Source: an uncultured Gemmatimonadales bacterium
GTDB lineage: Bacteria; Gemmatimonadota; Gemmatimonadetes; Longimicrobiales; RSA9
Length of the DNA stretch: 64,000 nucleotides
NCBI GenBank assembly: GCA_963708135.1
Contig: OY970192.1
Location: 3,104,001 to 3,168,000 of the forward strand
Reading direction: 5' to 3'
Made by a program: the position numbers and the translations under genes. The notes below the pieces were generated by a model. That model saw only the letters and a program-made list of their open reading frames with translations. It was not told where the DNA came from and did not search any database. This document shows positions 38,064 through 48,660 of the stretch, in pieces (position 1 is the stretch's first letter; each line of letters begins with the position of its first letter).

Positions 38064-39245
38064 ATGCGCATTCTCGGACGGCCGTACCGACGCACGACCC
38101 TGTGGCTCGCGGTAGCCGCGCTCGCGGCGGCCGGCCTCACGGCCTGGTTCGCCGTCCCCCCCGGCGGCGGCGCGAGCCGGACCTACTACGTGGCCGCCGA
38201 CGAGCTGGACTGGGACTACGCGCCCGCCGGCAGCGACCTGACCATGGGGCAGCCGCTGCCGAAGAAGCCGTTCGAGATCGTGAACGGGCCGCCCGACACG
38301 CTGGCCCGGGTGATGCGAAAGGCCGTCTACCACGAGTACACCGACAGCACGTTCACCACGCGCAAGCCGCGCCCCCCGAAGTGGCGGCACCTGGGCATCC
38401 TCGGCCCCGTGCTGCGCGGCGCCGTGGGCGACACCCTCGTGGTGGTGTTCCGCAACAACACGAAGTTCCCGGTCGGCATGCACCCCCACGGCGTCTTCTA
38501 CGCGAAGGCCTCCGAGGGCGCGCTCTACAGCGACGGCACCTCGGGCGCCGACAAGGCGGATGACGGCGTGCCGCCGGGCGGGACGCACCGCTACGTGTGG
38601 CCGATCCCGGAGCGGGCGGGGCCCGGGCCGAACGACCCGAGCTCCGTGGTGTGGCCGTACCACTCGCACACGCACGAGCTGAAGGACTTCCAGTCGGGTC
38701 TCGTGGGCGCGATCCTCGTGACCCGGCGGGGGATGGCCCGGGCCGACGGCTCGCCGAAGGACGTGGACCGCGAGTTCGTCACTCTGTTCGCGGCCATCAA
38801 CGAGGACGAGTCGAACTATTACCAGCACAACCTCGAGCGCTACACCGGCGACACGACGAAGGTGGGGCCCCACGGGCCACGCCTCTTCGCGGCGGACGCG
38901 GCCGAGAACTATCACACGATCAACGGCTATATGTACGGCAACCTGCCGCTGTCCTCGCTCCAGATGAAGGTGGGCGAGCGGGTGCGCTGGTACGTCATGT
39001 CCGGCACGGGTTTTGACGACTACCACTCGCCGCACTGGCACGGCAACACCGTGCTCGTGCACGGGGACCGGACGGACGTGCTGGATCTCGGCGCGCCACT
39101 CGTCACCGTCACCGCCGACATGGTGCCGGACAACCCGGGCACCTGGCTGTTCCACTGCCACTTCGGCGAGCACATGGTGGATGGCATGTCCGCCCGCTAC
39201 GGCGTGGTGCCGGAGGACGCGCCGCTGGTGGCGGAACGCCAATAG
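38064..39245 (+). CDS. Two-domain multicopper oxidase
   Basis: RBS AGGAGG, N-terminal TM/signal, and motifs HPHG, YHSH, HSPHWHG and WLFHCHFGEHMVDGM in about 390 aa. Confidence 0.9.
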   Translation: MRILGRPYRRTTLWLAVAALAAAGLTAWFAVPPGGGASRTYYVAADELDWDYAPAGSDLTMGQPLPKKPFEIVNGPPDTLARVMRKAVYHEYTDSTFTTRKPRPPKWRHLGILGPVLRGAVGDTLVVVFRNNTKFPVGMHPHGVFYAKASEGALYSDGTSGADKADDGVPPGGTHRYVWPIPERAGPGPNDPSSVVWPYHSHTHELKDFQSGLVGAILVTRRGMARADGSPKDVDREFVTLFAAINEDESNYYQHNLERYTGDTTKVGPHGPRLFAADAAENYHTINGYMYGNLPLSSLQMKVGERVRWYVMSGTGFDDYHSPHWHGNTVLVHGDRTDVLDLGAPLVTVTADMVPDNPGTWLFHCHFGEHMVDGMSARYGVVPEDAPLVAERQ

Positions 39246-39309
39246 CCTCCCTCCGGCCCTCCACCGCTGTCCCGCTCGCGAGAACGTGCCGCGGCCGGCG
39301 CCCCGCCGC

Positions 39310-41022
39310 TCACTGGCGGCAGGGACCGTTCGGGTCGGCGGGCTTGGGGTGGTCGAGGGCGGGACGCGAGGGCATGTCGGCGAGCGTGCGTGCCATGTCG
39401 AGGACGAGGCGGGCCACGCGCGCCATGTCCGGATAGTCGATGTACTGCGCCTCGTCCGTCACCTGGTGGTAGTCCAGGTGCTCGCCGCGCGAGAGGCTGA
39501 CGGTCGGGATGCCGAAGCGCGCGTAGCTGTAGGCGTCGTTGCGGCAGAAGTAGTTCAGCGGATCGCCCGGCTGGTCATACTGCAGGTTGAAGACGAACGG
39601 CAACGGCAGGCGCGCGTTGGCGGAGTCGAGCACCGCGCCGAACGCGCTCGACATCCGGTAGGCGCCGATCATCTCGAGGTACGTGGGGCCGCCCGCCTTG
39701 CCGATGACGGGTACGTCCGTGGTCTTGCCCCGGCCGACCATGTCCTGGTCGATCTCGCCGACGATGGAGTCGAGCGGGACGCTCGGGTGGTCGGTGAAGT
39801 AGCGCGAGCCGAGCAGCCCGGCCTCCTCGGCCGTGTGGCTGATGAAGAGGATCGAGCGGCGCGCCCGCCGGCCCGCCGCCATCGCTTCGGCCACCTCGAG
39901 GATCGAGGCCGTCCCCGAGCCGTCATCATCGGCGCCGTTCCTGATCGAGTCCAGCCGCGGCCGGTGCACCTGGCGCAGGCTGTCGAGGAGCGCATGGATG
40001 CGCGTCCACTCCTCGGGCGTGGCCGGCCGCGGCGGCGAGTCTGCGCCCATCGGCCGGACCACGCGGTTGAAGGCGCGCAGCGAGTCGTGGTCCACCGGGG
40101 CGTGGTCGAAGCCGACGTGGTCGTTGTGCGCGCTCAAGGCGACGTACTCGCCCGCGAGCGCCGGATCGCTTCCGCGCAGCACGCCGATCACGTTCCTGGC
40201 CGGGAACGCCACCGGCCGGCGCAGGTAGCCGAAGCGGCCGCGCACCGCGGCGCCGCCGGCGCCCGGCTCGAGCGTGGCCGGATCGGCGCCCAGGAGCGCG
40301 CGCGCGGCGGCCCGCGTCACGAGCAGGACCGGCACCGTGCGCGGATCGGCCGCGGAGTCGGGCACGGGCCGGCCGCTGGAGAAGCGGGCGAGGATCTCCG
40401 GCGGCAGCTGCTCGAGGACCGGCACCGCGAGCGCGGCCGCGCCCGTCCAGCGTGCCGCGTCGGCGAGGGCGCCGCGCAGCGGCGCCCCGGGCGGGACATC
40501 GAGCACGACGAGCTTGCCCGCGGCGCTCGCGGGCTGGATCCAGCGCGCGCTGTCCGTCACCGCTCCGCCGTACACCACCTCGGTGCCGTCCAGCACGCGG
40601 GGCGGCCCGCTCGGGACCGGCACGAAGTCGCGCCCGAGCTCGAGCGCCGCGCCGCCTGCCTCGATCCGCGAGGCGGGATCGAGCGTCAGGACCCAGAGCG
40701 GCACCGTCTGGAAGTAGCCATCCTCGCCCGCCGGCTCGATCCCCAGCCGGCGGAACTCCGCCGCGACGTAGGCGGCCGCCTGGTAGTCGCCCCGGCTGCC
40801 GCTCTCGCGGCCCATCATCGAGTCGTCCGCGAGTAGCCGCTCCCGCGTCTGGAGGTCGGCCGTCGTGATGGCCGGCACGGTGGCCGTTGGCGCGGCGCCG
40901 CTACCGGCCGCCGCGGGGCGGCCTGCCGCGGCCGGACCCGTGCCGCCCTGGTGCGCCGGTCCTCCGGCGGCGGCGCAGCCGCCCAGCGCCAGCGCGACGA
41001 GCGCCGCCGCGGCGCCCCTCAC
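39310..41022 (-). CDS. M28 family metallopeptidase lipoprotein
   Basis: Lipobox LGGC, LADDSMMGR, SAHNDH, NGADDDGSG, HTAEEAGLLGS and HLDYHQVTDE. Confidence 0.9.
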   Translation of the reverse strand: MRGAAAALVALALGGCAAAGGPAHQGGTGPAAAGRPAAAGSGAAPTATVPAITTADLQTRERLLADDSMMGRESGSRGDYQAAAYVAAEFRRLGIEPAGEDGYFQTVPLWVLTLDPASRIEAGGAALELGRDFVPVPSGPPRVLDGTEVVYGGAVTDSARWIQPASAAGKLVVLDVPPGAPLRGALADAARWTGAAALAVPVLEQLPPEILARFSSGRPVPDSAADPRTVPVLLVTRAAARALLGADPATLEPGAGGAAVRGRFGYLRRPVAFPARNVIGVLRGSDPALAGEYVALSAHNDHVGFDHAPVDHDSLRAFNRVVRPMGADSPPRPATPEEWTRIHALLDSLRQVHRPRLDSIRNGADDDGSGTASILEVAEAMAAGRRARRSILFISHTAEEAGLLGSRYFTDHPSVPLDSIVGEIDQDMVGRGKTTDVPVIGKAGGPTYLEMIGAYRMSSAFGAVLDSANARLPLPFVFNLQYDQPGDPLNYFCRNDAYSYARFGIPTVSLSRGEHLDYHQVTDEAQYIDYPDMARVARLVLDMARTLADMPSRPALDHPKPADPNGPCRQ

Positions 41023-41174
41023 GCGCCTTCCTCGATGGTGTCGATCTCGCGCCGGCCGTGGTCCACGAGCTCGTGGTAGCCTCGGAGGGCGTCCTCGACG
41101 TCCTTCGTCTGCTTCTCCACCATAGGCCGGACCTTCCCGGGCTTGAGGTACATGAGGTCGCGGATCAGCAGCAT
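41019..41174 (-). CDS. Small 51-aa protein (not in the ORF track), possibly an internally deleted NIPSNAP/dimeric alpha-beta barrel-like protein
   Basis: RBS GGGAGG plus ATG. Sequence MLLIRDLMYLKPGKVRPMVEKQTKDVEDALRGYHELVDHGRREIDTIEEGA; its TGA overlaps the GTG of the M28 gene (GTGA). Confidence 0.6.
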   Translation of the reverse strand: MLLIRDLMYLKPGKVRPMVEKQTKDVEDALRGYHELVDHGRREIDTIEEGA

Positions 41175-41208
41175 GGTTCGCCTCCCTTGCGTGAGGGGTG
41201 CGGGATGT

Positions 41209-44200
41209 CTACTGCATCACGATCGGACCGGCGGCGGCCGACTGGTTGAAGCGGGCGACGCGCTCCTTCGCCGCCTCGTAGCGGTTCGCGGCCTCCTGAA
41301 GCCGTCCGTCCAGCTCCTGGAAGGCCGCCAGCTGCTGCGTCGTCGGCGCGAAGTCGGACTCGGCCACCTGGCCGGCGAGGTAATCGAGCTGCCCGCCGAT
41401 GCGGACGGGCCAGCGCACGCCGTCCTGTCCCCGCCCGCTGAGCCGCAGGTCCTGCAGCAGTCCCTCCGCTGCTTCGAGCTGCCGCGCGAGGGAGTCCGCC
41501 GGCGCGGCCGGGCCGCCGGCGTCGCCATCCGTGGCGCGGGTGGCGCCCTCGGCCAGCGTCGCGTAGCGCGCGAGCTGCCGGCGGGCGGACTCGAGGGCGT
41601 TGTACATGCGCGCGGCGTGGTCCAGATCGGCCCGGATCTTCTCGAGCAGGGCCGTCTGCCGGGCGATCTCCTGCTCGGTGCCGAGCGAGTGGGGGTCCTT
41701 GCGCACCGTGAGGGGCTGCTCGAGCGTCTGTCCGGCCACGGCGAGCCGGACGGTGTAGCGGGCGGGCGGGGCGAGGATGGCGACATCGCCGAAGCCGGGC
41801 GCGGTGATCCCCTTTTCCGGGATCTCCATGGCGTCGTCGTAGAGCGGCGGGTTGAGCATCACGGCTCGGCTGGATGGGGTCTCGCGCAGGTTCCACCAGA
41901 CGCGGTTCAGCCCGGCCTTCGCCGGACCCTTCAGCGTGCGCACGACCTTGCCGGCGTCGTCGACGATGGCGATGCTCGCGCCCCGGTCCGCGGAGGCGGC
42001 GAGCCAGTAGGTCAGGCCCGCGCCGTACTCGGGGTTCTCGCCGGCGGTCGGGTCCTGGTTGTCGGCCATGTAGCTGGTGACCGGACGGAAGCGCCAGGCG
42101 TCGCGGGGGACGAAGAGGTGCACGGCGGCGGTGCGCGCGTCGGGGGTGAGCTGCTCGAGGGGCGAGATGTCGTCCAGGATCCAGAGCCCGCGGCCGTAGG
42201 TGGCGACGGCCAGGTCGTGGAAGTGCGGCTGGATGGTGAGGCCGTCGACGGGGGCGTGCGGCAGGTCGTTCTGGAGTGGCCGCCACTGGTCGCCGTCGTC
42301 GAAGGAGACGTAGAGGCCGTTCTCCGTGCCGAGGAAGAGGAGGCCACGCCGCACGGGGTCCTCGAGGACGACGTGGACGTAGCCGAGCGGGCCCGGCTCG
42401 ATGCCGGCCGTGATCTTCTTCCAGGTCTTCCCGAAGTCCGCGGTGCGGTAGACGTAGGTCCCGCGGTCGTCCTGCTGGTGGGCATCCACGGCGATAAACG
42501 CGGTGCCGGCGTCGAAGTGCGAGGGCGCGATGCTCGAGATCGTCCCCCACTCCGGGATGTCGGGGATGTTCTTCGTGACGTCGGCCCAGGTCTTCCCGGC
42601 ATCGCGCGTCAGGTGCAGCAGCCCGTCGTTGGTGCCGGCCCAGATGAGCCCGGCCTGCACGGGCGACTCCGCGATGCGGTAGATCACGCCCGCGTACTCG
42701 ACGCCGATGTTGTCCGGCGTGAGGCCGCCGGAGAGGCCCATGCGGGTGGTGTCGTCGCGCGTGAGGTCGGGGCTGATGATCTGCCAGCTCCTGCCGCCGT
42801 CCGTGCTCACGTGCAGGTACTGGCTGCCCGTGTAGATCCGGCTGTGGTCGTGCGGCGAGATCTCGAACGGCGCGTCCCAGACGAAGCGGTACTTCACCTC
42901 TTTCGCGGGATAGCCGCCCGTGCTGATCGGCCACACCTCGACGTTCTGGTACTGGCGGGCCTTGCGGCTGTAGCGGACGACGATGCCGCCGCGCGAGCCG
43001 GAGCCCGAGGCGGTGGACCAGATGATGTCGGGATCCACGGTGTCGGGGGTCGCCCAGCCGCTCTCGCCGCCGCCCACGCTGAACCAGTCGCCGCGCGGGA
43101 TGCGGCCGGGGCCGCGGAATCCGCCCGAGCGGCTGTCGCTCGGGCCGCACTGCGAGGGGCCGTCCTGCCGGTTGCCGCAGACGATGTAGGGCGTGCCGCC
43201 GCCGACCTCAACGTGGTACATCTGCCCGATCGGCAGCTGCACGCGCATCCAGCTCCGGCCGCGGTTCGTGGTGATGCCGAGCCCCTGGTCGTCCGCCACG
43301 ATCATGCGGTCCCCGTTGCCGGGGTCGATCCACATGTTGTGGTGGTCCCCGCCCGGCTGCTGGCTGCGCGGGATGTCCACGGTGTGCTCCCCGCCGTCCA
43401 GCGTCTTGCTGAAGGAGGCGGCCATGAAGTAGACCTCGTCCTCGTCATCCGGCGAGACCGCCAGCCGGTTGTAGTAGGCGGTGCGGCCGCCCAGCTGCCG
43501 ATCGTAGCTGACCACCTTCCAGCTGGCGCCGCCGTCGTCGCTGCGCCACAGCTCGCCGTTGTCCGTGGGCTGGGCGTTCCAGGGCACGCCATCCCCGGTC
43601 TCGATGAGGGCGTAGACGCGGCCCGGGTCCGTCTGCGCGACGCCGAGCCCGACCTTGCCGAAGGGCCGCTCGGGGAGGCCGTGGCCGGTGAGGCGCCTCC
43701 AGGTGGTGCCCCCGTCCGTGGACTTGAAGATGCCGCTGCCGGGGCCGCCGCTGTCGCGGCCCCACGTGTGAACCTGCACCTGCCAGGTGCCGGCATAGAG
43801 GACGTGCGGGTTGGTCGGGTCCATGACCAGGTCCGAGCAGCCGCTGTTCTCGTCCGAGAAGAGCACCCGCGTCCAGCTAGCGCCGCCATCGGTGGTGCGG
43901 TAGACGCCTCGCTCCTGCTGCGGGCCGTAGGCGGTGCCAAGCGCGCACGCGAACACGATGTCGGGGTTCGTGGGATCGATGACGACGCGCGAGATGCGGC
44001 CCGTCTTTTCCAGGCCCATGCGCTTCCAGGTCTTCCCCGCGTCCAGCGAGCGGTACATGCCCCAGCCGATCGAGATGTGGCTGCGGATGAACGGCTCGCC
44101 CGTGCCCGCCCACACGATGCTGAGATCGCTTGGCGCCACGGCCAGCGAGCCAATGGACTGCACCGGCTCGTCATCGAAGACCGGCGTCCAGGTGATCCCG

Positions 44201-44481
44201 CCGTCCGTGGTCTTCCACACGCCGCCGGAGGCCGCGCCCGCGTAGTAGGTCTCGGGGTCGCCAGGCACTCCGGCCACGGCATCCACGCGGTTGCCGACCG
44301 GGCCAATGTAGCGGTAGTGGAGCGGCGCGAAAGGCGACGTCTCCGCGCCCGACGCCGCCGCGGCCGCGGACCCCGCGGCCGGCGCCGCGCGCCGTTGCGC
44401 GCGAGCCGGAGACGCGGCCACGAGCAGTGCGAGCGGGAGCAGGATCGCGTGGCGAATCGGACGGATCCTCGACGAGCGCAT
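41209..44481 (-). CDS. Secreted BNR/Asp-box repeat (VPS10/sortilin-like) glycosyl hydrolase-like protein
   Basis: Signal peptide, RYIGPVGNRV, many Asp-boxes (KTTDGGITW, RSLDAGKTW, KSTDGGTTW, SFDDGDQW) and ATYGRGLWILDD. Confidence 0.88.
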   Translation of the reverse strand: MRSSRIRPIRHAILLPLALLVAASPARAQRRAAPAAGSAAAAASGAETSPFAPLHYRYIGPVGNRVDAVAGVPGDPETYYAGAASGGVWKTTDGGITWTPVFDDEPVQSIGSLAVAPSDLSIVWAGTGEPFIRSHISIGWGMYRSLDAGKTWKRMGLEKTGRISRVVIDPTNPDIVFACALGTAYGPQQERGVYRTTDGGASWTRVLFSDENSGCSDLVMDPTNPHVLYAGTWQVQVHTWGRDSGGPGSGIFKSTDGGTTWRRLTGHGLPERPFGKVGLGVAQTDPGRVYALIETGDGVPWNAQPTDNGELWRSDDGGASWKVVSYDRQLGGRTAYYNRLAVSPDDEDEVYFMAASFSKTLDGGEHTVDIPRSQQPGGDHHNMWIDPGNGDRMIVADDQGLGITTNRGRSWMRVQLPIGQMYHVEVGGGTPYIVCGNRQDGPSQCGPSDSRSGGFRGPGRIPRGDWFSVGGGESGWATPDTVDPDIIWSTASGSGSRGGIVVRYSRKARQYQNVEVWPISTGGYPAKEVKYRFVWDAPFEISPHDHSRIYTGSQYLHVSTDGGRSWQIISPDLTRDDTTRMGLSGGLTPDNIGVEYAGVIYRIAESPVQAGLIWAGTNDGLLHLTRDAGKTWADVTKNIPDIPEWGTISSIAPSHFDAGTAFIAVDAHQQDDRGTYVYRTADFGKTWKKITAGIEPGPLGYVHVVLEDPVRRGLLFLGTENGLYVSFDDGDQWRPLQNDLPHAPVDGLTIQPHFHDLAVATYGRGLWILDDISPLEQLTPDARTAAVHLFVPRDAWRFRPVTSYMADNQDPTAGENPEYGAGLTYWLAASADRGASIAIVDDAGKVVRTLKGPAKAGLNRVWWNLRETPSSRAVMLNPPLYDDAMEIPEKGITAPGFGDVAILAPPARYTVRLAVAGQTLEQPLTVRKDPHSLGTEQEIARQTALLEKIRADLDHAARMYNALESARRQLARYATLAEGATRATDGDAGGPAAPADSLARQLEAAEGLLQDLRLSGRGQDGVRWPVRIGGQLDYLAGQVAESDFAPTTQQLAAFQELDGRLQEAANRYEAAKERVARFNQSAAAGPIVMQ

Positions 44482-44721
44482 CGGGAACCTCCTCGAGCCT
44501 GTGCGGGTTGCCAGGGGACGGCGTGTCGTGCTTGCGGCGGAGGGACTCCGGCATCTTCCTGCAAGGGGGCGCGGCGCGCAAGAGGCCGGCGCCCGGTGGA
44601 CCTTTCCGGTTGCCGGCCCGGTATATGCCAGACCGCCGCGCCGGGCGGGCCAGGCGACGCACCGCCCGGCTCACCCGGCGTCGCTGCGGAACCGCGCCCG
44701 ATCCGATCCTCCGGAGGACCC

Positions 44722-46524
44722 GTGCCCGACAGGACCCACACCCTCACCGCCAGTGCGCGCCGCCCGCGGCGCGGCGCCCTCGCACGCAGCGTCGGGGCGC
44801 TGCTCCCCGCCGTCGCGGCGCTCACCACCGCCTGCGCGAGCGCCGACAACGGCACGGGCGTCATGCCGCCGCCGGAGGCGGGCTCCCCGTGCGCCGGCGG
44901 CGCCTCCGTCCAGCTCGGTCCGCTCCAGGGCGCGCGGCTCGACTGCAGCACGGGCACGACGGTCACCCTGCCGGGCGGCGGCGCCACCTACCTGGTGGTG
45001 CCGAACCTGGCCGTCGGCGATGTGGCCAACCGCTCGACCGCCTACACCATCGGCGCGACCGGCGTCGGCGTCACGACGGCGCGCGTGCCGGCGCCGCGGC
45101 CGCCGATCGCCGCCGACCTCGCGCCGGGCGCGACCGAGTTCTCGGGCCCGGTCGGCCCCGGGGCGGCGCAGCGCCGCTTCGACGCCGAGCTGCGGGCGCT
45201 CCCGCTGCACCGGTCCGCGGCTCCGGCCGGGGCCGCCACGGTGCGCGCCGACGTCCAGGCGAGCCCGCCGCCGACGCTCGGCAGCATCAGAGAGTTCCAT
45301 GTGATCTCGACCCTCAGCTCCACGTCCGTCAGCTTCAAGGCCGTGGAGGCGCGGCTCGCCTACATCGGCACGAACATCCTGATCTACGAGGACACGCTGG
45401 CGCCGCCCGGCGGCTTCACGCAGACGCAGTTCTCCGAGTTCGGGAAGACCTTCGACCAGGTGCTCTATCCGATCGACGTGAACGCCTTCGGCCCGCCGTC
45501 GGACACGGACGCCAACGCACGCCTCATCATGCTGCTGACGCCGGTGGTGAACGGCCTCACGTCGTCGTCGAGCTGCGCCTCCCAGGGGTACGTGGCCGGG
45601 TTCTTCACGGGCAACGACCTGGTCAACAGCGACACCACCTCGAACCAGGGCGAGATCTTCTACGCGCTGGTGCCGGACCCGAGCGCCACGGTCAGCTGCA
45701 CGCACACCGTGGACGACGTCACGAGCGGCCTCGGGCCGACGTTCCTGCACGAGGTGCAGCACATGATCAACTTTTCGCAGCACGTGCTGGTGCATCACGG
45801 CAGTGCCGAGGACGGCTGGCTGGACGAGGGGCTCAGCCTCATGGCCGAGGAGCTCGGCGCCCGGTACTACGAGGACAGGTTCCCGCCGCCGTCCGGGCGC
45901 TCGAACCCCGACCAGATCTTCCCCGACTCGGCCGAGGCCTTCATCGGCAAGCTGCTGGTCACCTCGTACGACTACCTGCTCTCGCCGGACACGACGAGCA
46001 CCACGCTCCACACCGACGACCAGATCGGCCTCGCCTGGCGCGCCGGCGACTGGCTGCTGCTCCACTGGCTCGGCGACCGGAACGGCGGCGCGCCGTTCTA
46101 CCACGCGCTGGAGGAGACGTCGAGGACCGGCATCGCCAACATCGAGGCCGCCGCGGGCCAGCCGTTCACGACCCTCTTCGGCGACTTCGGCGCCGCCCTC
46201 TACACCGACAGCCTGCCCGGCGTGGCGCGCACCGACATCCCGCCCGAGTTCCGCTTTACCACGCGCAACCTGCGGCAGCTCTATGGCCGCCTCTTCGCCA
46301 TCGCCGGGCCCAGCGCGAGCGTGCCGTACGAGTTCCCGATCCTGCCGCGGCCGCTCCCGGCCACGGGCACCATCAGCGCCTCGCTCGTGCCCGGCTCGAT
46401 GGACTACTACACGGTCAACAGCGCCACCTCGGCCGACAGCGTGGTGATCACCTTCAGCGCGCCCGGCGGCGCGCCGCTTTCGGCGAGCGTGAAGCCGCAG
46501 CTCACGGTGTTCCGGCTGCCGTAG
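44722..46524 (+). CDS. Lipoprotein with an HExxH zinc metallopeptidase domain (M30/hyicolysin-like)
   Basis: RBS GGAGG plus GTG, lipobox-like LTTAC, and FLHEVQHMI followed by WLDEGLS. Confidence 0.72.
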   Translation: MPDRTHTLTASARRPRRGALARSVGALLPAVAALTTACASADNGTGVMPPPEAGSPCAGGASVQLGPLQGARLDCSTGTTVTLPGGGATYLVVPNLAVGDVANRSTAYTIGATGVGVTTARVPAPRPPIAADLAPGATEFSGPVGPGAAQRRFDAELRALPLHRSAAPAGAATVRADVQASPPPTLGSIREFHVISTLSSTSVSFKAVEARLAYIGTNILIYEDTLAPPGGFTQTQFSEFGKTFDQVLYPIDVNAFGPPSDTDANARLIMLLTPVVNGLTSSSSCASQGYVAGFFTGNDLVNSDTTSNQGEIFYALVPDPSATVSCTHTVDDVTSGLGPTFLHEVQHMINFSQHVLVHHGSAEDGWLDEGLSLMAEELGARYYEDRFPPPSGRSNPDQIFPDSAEAFIGKLLVTSYDYLLSPDTTSTTLHTDDQIGLAWRAGDWLLLHWLGDRNGGAPFYHALEETSRTGIANIEAAAGQPFTTLFGDFGAALYTDSLPGVARTDIPPEFRFTTRNLRQLYGRLFAIAGPSASVPYEFPILPRPLPATGTISASLVPGSMDYYTVNSATSADSVVITFSAPGGAPLSASVKPQLTVFRLP

Positions 46525-46559
46525 GAGCGGGGGCTCGGCACTCGGGCGGCAGGTGAGCG

Positions 46560-46599
46560 CGCGAGAGGGCCCGGCGGGATCCCGTCGGGCCCTCTCGCG
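46560..46599. terminator. Long hairpin between convergent genes (bidirectional terminator candidate)
   Basis: CGCGAGAGGGCCCGGCGGG-AT-CCCGTCGGGCCCTCTCGCG, a near-perfect inverted repeat. Confidence 0.65.
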
Positions 46600-46625
46600 T
46601 CGTGACGCGCCGGGCTGGCCGTCGC

Positions 46626-48374
46626 TCAGAAGGTGATGCTCTTCGGGTCCGAGCAGACCTGGGTGCCGGCCTCGCAGACCTTGTAGGTATCGGTCCACGT
46701 GCCCCGCATGTTCTTGCCGATCTTGTCGCTGTACTGGCCGTCGTTCGGCGTCGTCGCGATCAGCTGGAAGTCAACGGTGCCGCCGGGCTCGTCGCGGTAG
46801 ACGTCGATGGAGGCGGCGGACGAGCCGCTCCACGAGAGGTTGGCCGTCGTCCACGCGCCGTGGCTGCCATCGCTCACCGTCAGCGTGATGACCGTGGGCG
46901 GCGGCGTGCCGGGGCTCGTCACGGTGACGTCGTGGCTCGTCGTCGTCGAGGACGCGCCGTCATCGTCGGTGACCATCAGCGTGACGGTGTAGGTGTTCGC
47001 GCTCCCGTACGTGTGGGACGGGCTCTGCGCGCCCGAGCTCGTCCCGTCGCCGAAGTCCCAGCTCCAGGCGGTGACCGTCCCGTCGCTGTCGCTGCTCCAA
47101 TCGGTGAACTGGCAGGAGAGGTCGGCGCAGCTCGCGCCGAAGTCGGCGTTCGGCGGCTGGTTGGTCGGCGGCGGCGTGGAGCCCCAGCCGGCGGGCGGCG
47201 TGTAGAGCAGGTCGCCGTTGGCGCTGTTCAATGCGCCGACGATCCCCTTGTCCGTGGCGGCGTAGAGCGCGTCGCGCACCTGCTTCGGCATGGCGCTCGG
47301 ATTCGCCTGGAGGTAGAGGGCCGCGACGCCGGTGGTGTGCGGCGTCGCCATGGAGGTGCCACTGATCGTGTTGATCCTCGCGCCCGGCCAGTCGGAGGTG
47401 ATGTTCACGCCGGGCGCGAACCAGTCCACGCAGCTGCCGTAGTTGGACCAGTAGGGCCGCTGGTCGTTGGAGCCCGTGGCGCCGATGGTCATGGCGTCGG
47501 GCGCGTCGGCGGGGGAATAGTAGCAGGCGTCCCAACCCGCGTTGCCGGCGGCCACGGCGTAGGCGACGCCGTCGGCGATCGAGGCCTCGACGGCCTGGTC
47601 AACCGCCGAGCTCGAGCTGCCGCCGAGGCTCATGTTCGCGACCGCGGGGCTCCCCGCCCGGTGATCGCCCGTGACCCAGTCCACGCCCGCGACGACGCCC
47701 GCGAAGGAGCCGTTGCCGCTGCAGTCCAGCACGCGCACCGCCACGAGGCTCACGCCCTTGGCCACGCCGTACTTCGTGCCGCCGACCGTGCCGGAGACGT
47801 GCGTGCCGTGCCCGTCGCAGTCGAAGCCGTCGCGCCCATCCCCGATCTCGTCCACCCCGATGCGGGCCCGGCCGCCGAAGTCGGGGTGCGCGATGTCGAT
47901 GCCGGTGTCGATGATGTAGGCGGTCACGCCCGCGCCGTTCTCGTTCCAGGAGTACGTGCCGTCGAGTCCAGCGCGCTGGTCGATGCGGTCGATGCCCCAG
48001 GTGGCGCCGGTCTCCGTCCCGGACGCCGTGGCCACCTGGTCCTGCTCGACGTAGGCCACGTTCGGGTTGTTGCGGAGCGCCGCCGCGGCCTGCGCCGAGA
48101 GGTGGGCGGAGAAGCCCTGGAGCGCATGCTGGTAGAGGAAGCCGAGCGTCCCGCCGCGCGCGGCCGTGAGCTGTCGGGCGAGGCCGGCCACGTCGCGCAC
48201 GCCCGGGCGGAAGACGACGATGTAGTCGTCGGGGATCAGCCGCGCCGCAGCGCTCGCGGCGCCGACGGCCGCCCGCGGCGCACGCGTCGTCGCCGGCGCG
48301 AGCGGACCGGGAGCCTCCTGGCACGCCCCGAGCGCCATGGCGAGCGCGAGCGCGAGCGGCGGAATCCTCCGCAT
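46626..48374 (-). CDS. S8 subtilase (aqualysin/proteinase K-like) with I9 propeptide and PKD domain
   Basis: Catalytic triad YIIDTG / GHGTHV / [19 protein letters not shown] and PKD motif WSWDFGDG; lipobox LGAC. Confidence 0.94.
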   Translation of the reverse strand: MRRIPPLALALAMALGACQEAPGPLAPATTRAPRAAVGAASAAARLIPDDYIVVFRPGVRDVAGLARQLTAARGGTLGFLYQHALQGFSAHLSAQAAAALRNNPNVAYVEQDQVATASGTETGATWGIDRIDQRAGLDGTYSWNENGAGVTAYIIDTGIDIAHPDFGGRARIGVDEIGDGRDGFDCDGHGTHVSGTVGGTKYGVAKGVSLVAVRVLDCSGNGSFAGVVAGVDWVTGDHRAGSPAVANMSLGGSSSSAVDQAVEASIADGVAYAVAAGNAGWDACYYSPADAPDAMTIGATGSNDQRPYWSNYGSCVDWFAPGVNITSDWPGARINTISGTSMATPHTTGVAALYLQANPSAMPKQVRDALYAATDKGIVGALNSANGDLLYTPPAGWGSTPPPTNQPPNADFGASCADLSCQFTDWSSDSDGTVTAWSWDFGDGTSSGAQSPSHTYGSANTYTVTLMVTDDDGASSTTTSHDVTVTSPGTPPPTVITLTVSDGSHGAWTTANLSWSGSSAASIDVYRDEPGGTVDFQLIATTPNDGQYSDKIGKNMRGTWTDTYKVCEAGTQVCSDPKSITF

Positions 48375-48660
48375 GGGGACCTCCTGAATGGGCTGGATTG
48401 CAGGCTGGGCAGCGCTGCTGTATGGCGCGCGACAGGCCATGAGTCAAGGGTTACGGCGTTCGCGGCGCTTGACTCGCCCCCGCTGGCGACCCATAGTGCG
48501 AGAGATGGCATTCCCGCCGACGCAGCTCCAGGCACTCATCCGCGCTGGATCCGAACGACCCTGCTGGCCGCCTGCCTCGCCTCCGGTGGCACCCGGCCCG
48601 CCCCCGCTACCCCCGCGGCGATCTTCGACCGCCGCGGAGACCTCGAGAGGAGCAGAGATC

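Noticed and set aside
41143..44721. N-terminal extension of the 1793-aa ORF
   Set aside because: It is the antisense of the BNR-repeat gene. The RBS and lipoprotein signal point to 44722.
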